A stretch of 64,000 bases of DNA, from assembly GCA_963761335.1 (NCBI GenBank), contig CAVXGR010000004.1:1-64000 (forward strand). The letters run 5' to 3'. Each line of letters opens with the position of its first letter. The first letter of the stretch is position 1. This DNA is from an uncultured delta proteobacterium. Lineage in GTDB: Bacteria > Desulfobacterota > Binatia > HRBIN30 > BPIQ01. A program made the position numbers and the translations under genes. Positions 8,027-16,027 of the stretch are shown here, in pieces. The notes under the pieces are model-generated. The model saw only the letters and a program-made list of their open reading frames with translations. It did not search any database and had not been told where the DNA came from.

Positions 8027-10351
8027 TCAAAGGCGGCGGGCGGCGTAGCGCAGCGGGCGGCGCAGATAGCGCCCCGGCAGCGCCCACCAGGGATCGCCCT
8101 CGCCGAGGAGGTGCGCGGGCGCCGGTGCGATGATCCAGCCCAGCACCTGCAGACGGCCCCGCCAGCTGTCACTGCGCCGGAGGATCTGGCGCAGCGTGCC
8201 GCGTGGCGCCCGGCGGGCCCCGTACAGCGCCGCCTGTCGTTCCACGCGATCGGCGGCGGCGGCCTGGTGCGACAGTCGATCGCGGATCGGGTGCGGGACG
8301 GCGGCATCGAGCGTCGCGGCCAGATAGTCGAGCAGCACGAAGAGCGGCAGCGACAGGCGCGCCTGGCGAGCGCGCTCGAGCAGAACCTCCCAGCGCAGCT
8401 GCGGCGCCCCGGCGATGAGGAGCCAGGCATCGCATGCCCACTGCAGGCTGTCGCGAGAGGGACTGCACCATGCCTGGCCGCAGACGTGCAGGAGGTTGTC
8501 GGCGGGCGAGAGCACGCGAGCCGGCGCGCCGTCGACGTCGAAGGCGCGGGCGTCGGCGAGCATGGCGGCGGCCGGCGGCGTGTAGAACGACGAGCGGAAC
8601 AGACGGCCGTGGAGCGCCACCGGCAGACCGGACTCGTGGGCGAGCACGGCGTGCTCATGTCCCTCTTGCCGCTGGCGGTGCAGCACGCGAAATTTCCGAG
8701 CAACCAGGAGATCGACGGCGGGGTCAATTGCGGCGCGTGGCAGGAGCAGGTCGACGTCGTGGGAGTGGCGCAGGGCGCGGTCGCCGTAGACGGTGTCGGC
8801 GAGGGCCAGGCCCTTGAGGAGAAGCGGTGCGATGCCGGCGTCCGCGAGGGCGGCGACGACCCCGCGGGCAACGCGGTAATAGGTCCTGGCGCGCAGCTCT
8901 TCGGAGACGTAGGCGGCGCGCAGGTAGGGCTGCACGCCGCGGTCCACGCCGGCACCGCTGCGGCCCAATGCATGCCCGAGCAGCGGCAGCAGGCCCCGGC
9001 AGGGCCAGGCGCTATTGCGCATGACCTCGAGCGGCTCGCCGACCCGCCGGCGCCACTCCTCCCATGCCTGCCGGCCGCGCTCTCCATGGTGTAGACAGGC
9101 GCGCAGGAAGAGGCTCTCCTCCGCGGTCGGCAGGGCGACGGAAAGGGCGGATGTGAGTGGTGGTGGCGCGGGGATCGGGGAATCCTCGGCCCGGGCCGCG
9201 GCGGCCGGGCGGCCGGCGGTCCCGGGGGGCGGCCCGGCGGGCGGCGCTCCCAGGACGACCTCGCGGTGTGCGGCATCGTAGGCGTCGACGTAGGCGCTCC
9301 AGGTGAAGCTCTCCAGAACGCGGCGCCGTCCGGCGGCACCCATCTGTGCGGTGCGCTGCGCGTCTTGCAGCAGTGTGGCCACGGCGTCGGCGAGAGCGCC
9401 CGGGTTCTCCGGCGGCACCAGCAGGCCGGTGTGCCCGTGCTCGACGACCTCGGGAAGTCCGCCGACGTCGGCGCCGATCACCGGCCGGCTCATTGCCATC
9501 GCCTCGAGTGCCGCCACCGGCAGCGATTCGCGCCGCGACGGCAGCAAGAGCGCGGTGGCCCGGTTCAGCAGCTGCGGCACCGCGCCGGGATCGGTCCAGC
9601 CACAGAGCTCGACGGCATCGTCGATCCCCAGGCGCAGCGCTTGTTCCTCCAGGGCGGCGCGCTCCGGTCCGCCGCCGGCGATGGTCATGGCGAGACGCGG
9701 ACGCCGCCGGCGGAGCGCGCCGAAGGCTTCGAGTGCCAGGTCGAATCCCTTGTCGCGCACCAGTCGCCCGAGACAGAGGAGGTGGGGCGGTTCCCAGGGG
9801 AGTGGCGCGGGGGCGACACCGGGCAGCTCGATGCCGTTGTGGATGACGCGGCAGCGGCCGGCGATCTCCGGGACCAGGGCGATGCCGCGCTCGAGGATGG
9901 CGCGCGAGCAGCCGACCACGAGAGCGGCGGAGCGCAAGATCTTCTCGGCAACCGAGTCTGCTCTCGCCCCGAGCTGCGGCCACTCGCCGTGCAGGGTTAC
10001 CAGCACCGGGCAGGGATGCGCCGCAGCGGTGAGCAGATGAAAGAAGCTGTCGGCGCCGAGGGCATTGATGTGCACGACATCGGGCGCGAACTCGCGCTTG
10101 ATGGCGCTGACGCGGCGGCCAAGGGCACCGACGGCTCCGGGGTCATGCTGGCGCAGCACCTCGAAGAACGGCAGGCGCAGGACGGTGACGCCGGCGTATC
10201 GCTCCTCGCCGGGCACCCCGGGACGTTTCTGCGGCGTCACCACCAGCAGCTCGTGGCCGCGCTGCTGCAGCGCCGGCAGCAGGCGCGCGGCGAGGATCTC
10301 GACACCGCCGATGTCGGGCCAGAAGCCGCTGCTCCAGAAGAGCACGCGCAT
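8027..10351 (-). CDS. GT4 glycosyltransferase fused to a nucleotidyltransferase (NTP_transf_5-like) domain
   Basis: N-half GRLVRDKGFD…ESLPVAALEAMA (GT4 EX7E); C-half LLKGLALA…Y…RHSHDVDLL; no stop between the halves. Confidence 0.85.
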   Translation of the reverse strand: MRVLFWSSGFWPDIGGVEILAARLLPALQQRGHELLVVTPQKRPGVPGEERYAGVTVLRLPFFEVLRQHDPGAVGALGRRVSAIKREFAPDVVHINALGADSFFHLLTAAAHPCPVLVTLHGEWPQLGARADSVAEKILRSAALVVGCSRAILERGIALVPEIAGRCRVIHNGIELPGVAPAPLPWEPPHLLCLGRLVRDKGFDLALEAFGALRRRRPRLAMTIAGGGPERAALEEQALRLGIDDAVELCGWTDPGAVPQLLNRATALLLPSRRESLPVAALEAMAMSRPVIGADVGGLPEVVEHGHTGLLVPPENPGALADAVATLLQDAQRTAQMGAAGRRRVLESFTWSAYVDAYDAAHREVVLGAPPAGPPPGTAGRPAAAARAEDSPIPAPPPLTSALSVALPTAEESLFLRACLHHGERGRQAWEEWRRRVGEPLEVMRNSAWPCRGLLPLLGHALGRSGAGVDRGVQPYLRAAYVSEELRARTYYRVARGVVAALADAGIAPLLLKGLALADTVYGDRALRHSHDVDLLLPRAAIDPAVDLLVARKFRVLHRQRQEGHEHAVLAHESGLPVALHGRLFRSSFYTPPAAAMLADARAFDVDGAPARVLSPADNLLHVCGQAWCSPSRDSLQWACDAWLLIAGAPQLRWEVLLERARQARLSLPLFVLLDYLAATLDAAVPHPIRDRLSHQAAAADRVERQAALYGARRAPRGTLRQILRRSDSWRGRLQVLGWIIAPAPAHLLGEGDPWWALPGRYLRRPLRYAARRL

Positions 10352-10368
10352 GGCGCGCTTGCGAAGGC

Positions 10369-11655
10369 TCAGCGGCCCGCCGCCGCGCCGGTCGCGGCGG
10401 CGGCCGGCTGGCGTCGCAGCTCGGCGACGGCACCCTCGATCTGCCGGCGCAGGGAGGTGCTCGAGTACTCCGTTTCGGCGAGGCGCAGAGCCCTGGCGAC
10501 CAGCTGTCGCTCGAGTGCCGGGTCCCGGTGCAGGCGGAGAATCGCTTCCACCAACGCGCCGCCGCTGTCGCCGAGGAGCAGGTGGATGCCGTCGGTGACC
10601 GCCAATCCCTCGCAACCCTTGGGCGTGCTCACCACTGGTATGCCGGCAGCGAAGGCTTCGATGATCTTGAGGCGGGTGCCACTGCCCATCGTCAAGGGAG
10701 CGATGAGCAGCGACGCATCGCGGAAGAAGGGGCGCATGTCGGCGACGGCTCCCGTGACCTCGATGCGGCGGTCCGCCCGCGCCGCCTCGCGCATCGCCGC
10801 CGTCGGCCAGCACCCGGCGAGCTGCAGGCGCGCCCCCGGAAGGCGCCGCGCGATCGGCGGGAAAATCTCGGCGATCAAGAAGTCGGCGGCCGCGGCGTTC
10901 GGCGGATAGGCGAAAGAGGCTGGAAACAGGATCGTCGTTCCGGACTCGGTGCGACCGGCGCGCGCCGTACGTGTCGGCGCCAGCGCCTCGGTGTCGACGG
11001 TGTTGTGCACGACGCGCACTGGGGCGGCCGGCGCGTGCACGCTCTGCAGCAGGGCGGCGTCCTGCTGGCTGCACACCCAGATCTGATCGGCGGCGCGGAG
11101 AAAGTGCCGCTCCGCGACGGCGGTGCGCTCCGGAAGGAGGCGGCGTACCAGGCGTGTCGCGGCGTGCTCGCCGGTCATCGCCGCGGCGATCTCGCGGGCC
11201 AGAAGCGCCTCGATGTTGTGGCTGTCGGCGACCACGATGCACCCGTGTCGATGCAGTACCTCGACATAGCGATACGCCGCCGCCGACTCCACCACGGCGA
11301 CCTGCGGGGCGAAGTCGGCGAGGGTGTCCTCCAGTGCCTGCGCCGCGGTGGAGGAGTAGAAGAAGTCCCAGGGATGCGTCTCCGGCTGGATGAACCAGGC
11401 ACGCGCCTCCAGCCGCCTCCCCGACGGAGGATACTGCAGCTCCGCATCGCCGGACCAGCGCCACAGAGCCATGCCCGCAGGGGCCTGCTCACTCACCTTG
11501 GCGCTCTTGCACAGCGCGAACACCCCGACCTCCCCCAGCTCGCCGAGCGCCGCGGCGATTCGCCAGGCGCGCAGGTCGTGTCCACTGAAGCTCGGAAAGG
11601 GCAGGTTGGTGGTGATCAGCAGGAAGCGCGTAGGCGCCTTCGAGGTCGCCCTCAA
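10369..11655 (-). CDS. glycosyltransferase family 4
   Basis: DSHNIE, ASFAYPPN, GSGTRLKIIEAFAAGIPVVST; TTG start overlaps the upstream stop. Confidence 0.87.
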   Translation of the reverse strand: MRATSKAPTRFLLITTNLPFPSFSGHDLRAWRIAAALGELGEVGVFALCKSAKVSEQAPAGMALWRWSGDAELQYPPSGRRLEARAWFIQPETHPWDFFYSSTAAQALEDTLADFAPQVAVVESAAAYRYVEVLHRHGCIVVADSHNIEALLAREIAAAMTGEHAATRLVRRLLPERTAVAERHFLRAADQIWVCSQQDAALLQSVHAPAAPVRVVHNTVDTEALAPTRTARAGRTESGTTILFPASFAYPPNAAAADFLIAEIFPPIARRLPGARLQLAGCWPTAAMREAARADRRIEVTGAVADMRPFFRDASLLIAPLTMGSGTRLKIIEAFAAGIPVVSTPKGCEGLAVTDGIHLLLGDSGGALVEAILRLHRDPALERQLVARALRLAETEYSSTSLRRQIEGAVAELRRQPAAAATGAAAGR

Positions 11656-12413
11656 CTTTCGTCCCCATCGCCGCTGCCGGTGCCATGGCGCCGCCGATCG
11701 AGGTGCGCCTTGACCAGACGCAGAAACTCGATGCGGCTGCGTTCGGCGTTCTCCCGGCTGCGATTTTTCCGGTGCAGCCGCCGGTACACCAGCACCTCGG
11801 GAATGAGCTCCGCGGTGACCCCGGCGTGGCGCGCGCGCAGGAACCAATCTGTGTCATTTCCGTGCGCCAGCGATTCGTCGAACGGGCCGACGCGCTCGAA
11901 GGCGCGGCGCCGCGCCAGCATGGTGAAGCTGACGTATCCCGGAATCGGGGCGGCGATGCGGTTGTCGCGAAGCCGCTCTTCCTCGACCCGCAGCTCGGAG
12001 ATCCAGAAGTTCTGTATGTGAGTCACGGAGACGTCGAGCTCGGGCCGCGCCGCGAAGCGGTCCATCTGGCGCTCGAGCTTCTGGGGATGCCAGCGATCGT
12101 CGGCGTCGAGGAAAGCCACGAGCGCGCCGCGTGCGGAGCGGAGCCCGGCGTTGCGGGCCGCTGCCGGCCCGGCATTTTCCTGGTGCAGGTAGCGGACCGG
12201 GATGTGTGGCTCATCGGGACTGCCTGCCGCGGAGTCCGCCATGCCGGCAACCACGGCAGCCGTGGCGTCGGTGGAGCCGTCGTCGACGACGATGATCTCG
12301 GCGGGAGCGTATGTCTGGGCGACGATGCTGGCGATGGACTCGGCCAGATAGGCTTCGGCATTGTACGCCGGGATGATGCAGCTGATCGTCGATCTGCCGG
12401 ACGGTCGGCTCAT
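11652..12413 (-). CDS. glycosyltransferase family 2
   Basis: ISCIIPAYN, VVDDGSTD, ARNAG, FLDADD motifs. Confidence 0.9.
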   Translation of the reverse strand: MSRPSGRSTISCIIPAYNAEAYLAESIASIVAQTYAPAEIIVVDDGSTDATAAVVAGMADSAAGSPDEPHIPVRYLHQENAGPAAARNAGLRSARGALVAFLDADDRWHPQKLERQMDRFAARPELDVSVTHIQNFWISELRVEEERLRDNRIAAPIPGYVSFTMLARRRAFERVGPFDESLAHGNDTDWFLRARHAGVTAELIPEVLVYRRLHRKNRSRENAERSRIEFLRLVKAHLDRRRHGTGSGDGDES

Positions 12414-13492
12414 GGGCACTCCGCCGACAGCATCCCCGCGATCAGGGGAGGGATGCAATCCAGATCGCGGCCGAGATCGATCCAGAAGGCGGGCACCGCT
12501 TCCACCAGCTTCGCCAGGCGCTCGAGGGCCGCAGCGCTCTGGCGCGGCCGCAGCTCGAGAATCGAGCTCGGCGCCAAAGCGAAGAGGGCCTCGGCGCGCG
12601 ACGCCGGACGCAGGCGACAGGTGTCGGCGATGCGGGGCAGGGCAATGGCGGCGATGCGGGTAGATGCGGCAAAGCGGAAACGGTGCGCCTCGGCGAGGAG
12701 CAAGAGGAGCTTGAGCTCCTGCGGATCGCTGCCGGCGATGCCGGCGGGAAGTATCGCCGCGGAGCGCGCCGCCTGTAGCGGATCGAGCCACGCGGAGGAG
12801 TAGAGGCTGTGCGCAGCGAAGGAGCCGCCGGGGAGCGTCTCGAGAGCGACCCAGTCGTCGCCGAGGTAGTCGAAGCCGGCGGCGGCGCAGGCCAATGCGC
12901 AGGTGGACTTGCCGGAGCCGCCGCGGCCGGGAAAGAGCACGCCTCGATTGCCGCGCGCCACGGCGGCGGCGTGCAACGGCTGTAGTCCCCGATCGGTGGC
13001 CCACACCGAGATCAGTGCCTGAAGGGGTTTGCCCCGCTGGTGCAGGCTCATGTCGGCGGCGCTGGGCACCGAGCCGACGATGTGCTGGCGCTGCCGATCG
13101 AGCCAGACAGTGGCGCCGCGCAGGTGGTGACCGATCACCCGACCGCCCTCGGCGCTGATCAGGAGACCGCCGTCGCCGAGGTGCCACACGGTCCCGGCAT
13201 CCTCGAAATCGCCGGGTGCGAGCGGTGCGGTGACGCCGCACGCCGCCTCGTCCCATAGATCCACCAGCAGCCCGGGCGATGCGGCGTCGCCGACGCGGAG
13301 GTGGGCGAGCGCGGCGGGGACGCGGGCCGCCAGCTCCCGGCCGACCAGACGCAGGCGCAGCACGTGCCCCGCGAAGCGGTGGTCGGCGACCGAGGGCGGT
13401 GCGGCATGCCGGCGTTGCGCGGCGTCGAAGCCTGCGGCCACCGCGCCGAACACCCCAATGTCGGGCTCCGGCGCGGCGCGGTGAGTTTCCAT
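12410..13492 (-). CDS. HprK-related serine kinase
   Basis: LHAAAV, Walker A GRGGSGKST, YLGDDWV, as in the HPr kinase-like C-domain. Confidence 0.82.
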   Translation of the reverse strand: METHRAAPEPDIGVFGAVAAGFDAAQRRHAAPPSVADHRFAGHVLRLRLVGRELAARVPAALAHLRVGDAASPGLLVDLWDEAACGVTAPLAPGDFEDAGTVWHLGDGGLLISAEGGRVIGHHLRGATVWLDRQRQHIVGSVPSAADMSLHQRGKPLQALISVWATDRGLQPLHAAAVARGNRGVLFPGRGGSGKSTCALACAAAGFDYLGDDWVALETLPGGSFAAHSLYSSAWLDPLQAARSAAILPAGIAGSDPQELKLLLLLAEAHRFRFAASTRIAAIALPRIADTCRLRPASRAEALFALAPSSILELRPRQSAAALERLAKLVEAVPAFWIDLGRDLDCIPPLIAGMLSAECP

Positions 13493-13547
13493 TCGAATCA
13501 TAACGGGAGGGCGCGGCTGCCGCCGTGCCGGGCCGTGTGCCGGTGGC

Positions 13548-14003
13548 TCAGCCGGAGCCTCGGCCTCCCGGGGGCGCCTCCCAGGAAATGTCCTCGAGGC
13601 TGGGGACGGGCGGGTCGAGGGCGAGCAGGTCGGCCATGTCGCTGTACACCTCCAGCGCCGGCGTCCGGTAGGGCCGTCGATCGCCGCCATGCGGTGGCGT
13701 CACCGTCGCCGCCGGGCCAGTATCCTCGGTGATGCGCACCAGCCTATCGCCGAGCAGTTGCTCGGCCAGGCGTTCGAGGTCTTCCGTTGCCCGTTCGGCG
13801 GAGACCTCGTATCGGCTGGCCAATGCCGCGACCATCTCGTCCAGGCGCCAACCCGATTCGATCATCGACCAGATCTCTCCGCCGACGCTGCCCATGCTGT
13901 AATACATGCCGCTGGAGAGGTTGATGATGATCGCCTCTCCGTCCATCACCTTCGCCGCCACCTCCTCGTCATTGCGGTGCAGCCGGCTGTGCAGATCCAA
14001 CAT
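13548..14003 (-). CDS. PqqD-family (RiPP recognition element) protein with C-terminal leader-like peptide tail
   Basis: MDGEAIIINLSSGMYYSMGSVGGEIWSMI…LASRYEV PqqD pattern; tail PYRTPALEVYSDMADLLALDPP; GGAGGAG RBS. Confidence 0.87.
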   Translation of the reverse strand: MLDLHSRLHRNDEEVAAKVMDGEAIIINLSSGMYYSMGSVGGEIWSMIESGWRLDEMVAALASRYEVSAERATEDLERLAEQLLGDRLVRITEDTGPAATVTPPHGGDRRPYRTPALEVYSDMADLLALDPPVPSLEDISWEAPPGGRGSG

Positions 14004-14158
14004 GCGGTTCGCTCCTCCCGCCAATTTCTTGGCAGCTAAATAGCGCGGCGGTGGCGGCTGCGGCAAGGGTGAAGGAAAGTTGAAAGAGAGTTGGCGGGTT
14101 ATCGAGTTCATGGCTCGGAGACTCGGTGACTCGGTGGCTCGGTGGCTCGGTGGGCCGA

Positions 14159-15352
14159 TTAGCCGTGACGGGCGCGAAGGGCGCTGCTGATGCCGAGGAA
14201 CCAGCGGTACGGGTAGTAGAAGGGCAACAGGGCCGCATGACGGATGCGGTAGCGCTGCCGCATGTAGGCGGAGGAGGGCACAATGTTGGACCAGGCAAAG
14301 CGGAGGCGGCGGCGCCAGCTCGGAGTGCTGGCGAGGTCGGCCCATAGGCGCTGCGCCACCGGGCGGCTCTCCGCAGTGAGCCAGCCGAAGACGCGGGCCT
14401 CTCCCGGAGTCGGCTGCATGGCGTCGAGCTGCGCCAGGACGCGGGCGGGGATCGGCAGCCGCCACTCTGCGGCAATGCGGTGCAGGGTGCGGCGCACCGA
14501 CACCACCAGCTCGTGGCAACGTGCCTGCGACACCAGCTCGTCCCAGTCGAGGTTGCCCTCACGAGCCGCAATCACCTCGGCGATGTCGTGCGACCAGAAT
14601 AGATCGGAGCCGCCATGGTGGAGCCAGAGATGGCCGCAGAGATGCAGGATCTCGGCTTCCGTACCCAGGACCGCGATGTCGACGGAGCCCAGCCGCGCCG
14701 GCGCCGCCGTTTGCCAGAACCAGTCCATGGAAATCTTGTCCTGGTAGTAGGGCGAGTCGAACAGGCTCCAATGGATGTCGAGGAGCATCTCGACGCGCCC
14801 GGGCTTCCGCAGGGTGAGCTCGTTCTCGTACTCGGCGTGTGCGCCCGCATGCGTCTCGGCGCGCACCGGCCGGTACCCGGGCTCGGCCAGAAGTCGGCAA
14901 AGCGCGGACAGATGATCCGGGTGCACGAGGAGGTCGATGTCCCCGAAGGGTCGGGCGCCGATGTTTCGATAAACGGTCTCCGCGAGAGCAGCTCCCTTGA
15001 GGACGATGACGGGCACTCCCCCGCCGGAGAGGTGGCTCAAGGCGATGCCCAGCTCGTGTAACTGAACCAGGTTGCGGACGGAGTTCGACTGGTAGAGGCT
15101 CCGGAGTGCCTGGAGAGTCGAGGGCGGGACCGAGGCGACGCCGCGCAGAGACGCATAGAGGAGGGGGCCGAGGCGCGCGGCGACGGCGCGCCGATAGAGA
15201 TCGTCCCAATCGACCTGGCCGCGGGCGGCGAGCGCCTCGAGCTCTCGCAGGGCGCCCGGTTGCAGGCGGCCGCGCAGACTGAGCTGCAGCGGATCTTCCG
15301 AAATCGGTTGGCTGGCGGCGAGGTCGAGAGACACTGTCGGATTAACCCGCAT
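14159..15352 (-). CDS. nucleotidyltransferase family protein (NTP_transf_5-like)
   Basis: IVLKGAALAETVY…ARPFGDIDLL, LDIHW, LHLCGH, WSHDI; paralogous to the C-domain of 8027-10351. Confidence 0.85.
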   Translation of the reverse strand: MRVNPTVSLDLAASQPISEDPLQLSLRGRLQPGALRELEALAARGQVDWDDLYRRAVAARLGPLLYASLRGVASVPPSTLQALRSLYQSNSVRNLVQLHELGIALSHLSGGGVPVIVLKGAALAETVYRNIGARPFGDIDLLVHPDHLSALCRLLAEPGYRPVRAETHAGAHAEYENELTLRKPGRVEMLLDIHWSLFDSPYYQDKISMDWFWQTAAPARLGSVDIAVLGTEAEILHLCGHLWLHHGGSDLFWSHDIAEVIAAREGNLDWDELVSQARCHELVVSVRRTLHRIAAEWRLPIPARVLAQLDAMQPTPGEARVFGWLTAESRPVAQRLWADLASTPSWRRRLRFAWSNIVPSSAYMRQRYRIRHAALLPFYYPYRWFLGISSALRARHG

Positions 15353-15384
15353 ACCCTGTCGCAGCGCAAGACCTCCTGGGTGGC

Positions 15385-15520
15385 CCGGTGGCTCGGTATC
15401 TCGGTGGCTGGTGGACCGGTTTCTCGGTGTCTCGGTATCTCGGTGGATCGGTTCTCGGGTTGGCGGCCGAGATTGCCGCGCTCCGAGGTGGTACCGAGTC
15501 ACTGAGATACCGAGCCACCG
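15385..15520. repeat. octamer CTCGGTGG/CTCGGTAT simple-repeat tract
   Basis: Repeated CTCGGT(G/A)(G/T) units with inverted copies near 15493-15519; similar tracts at about 5463-5490 and 14113-14152. Confidence 0.7.
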
Positions 15521-15615
15521 GGCAACATACTCCTGTAGTGGTGGATCTTGAGGTCAACCGCATTTTCCTTTCAAAATTCCCTTACCAATCAAGATCCCCC
15601 ACGATCCAATGGGGG

Positions 15616-15842
15616 ATCGCGCCGCGAAGCGGCGCAGGCATGTAGCCCCGGGTCGGAGACCCGGGGATCCCGGGTCCGCCTTCCCCGATGCGCCCCGCCA
15701 GGGGCGCAGGCGTGCAACCCCGGGTGCAGAGGCCTGTGTCAAAGCCGCGCCCGCGCCCCTGGCGGGGCGCCAACGGAAGTCGGCTTCCGGATCCCCGGGT
15801 CCCCGACCCGGGGCTACATGCCTGCGCCCCTCCGGGGCGAAT
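15616..15842. repeat. large palindromic REPIN-like element (GCCCCGGAGGGGCG / CCCGGGGCT family)
   Basis: Arms GGCGCAGGCATGTAGCCCCGGGTCG and CGACCCGGGGCTACATGCCTGCGCC are reverse complements; the same family is cargo at 40.6, 41.4 and 54.9 kb. Confidence 0.8.
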
Positions 15843-16027
15843 GATCTCCGAGCTCTCGGCCACAGATGCAAGCGCTCCCGGCCACAGAGTTCAACCTGGG
15901 GAGTCGCGTTCAACTCAAGCAAGCGGGGGTTGTGGTGGATCGAAGTTGACCGTGTCTCATTTCAAAATCCTCCGCTATCCATACTCCGCTTGACTATCTC
16001 CGGCCTTGTCGCCGATAACGAATGGTC

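Noticed and set aside
7287..8087. N-terminal extension of mauB in the 695-aa ORF
   Set aside because: It is the antisense shadow of the phosphoribosyltransferase; the signal peptide and RBS point to a start at 7286.
10352..11464. N-terminal extension of the 1145-aa ORF
   Set aside because: Off-frame, Arg/Gly-rich read-through over the upstream GT4 gene; the recognisable domain starts at 10351.
8027..15352. Canonical lasso peptide or PQQ biosynthesis cluster
   Set aside because: No asparagine-synthetase-like cyclase, B2 peptidase, radical SAM PqqE or separate precursor ORF is visible.
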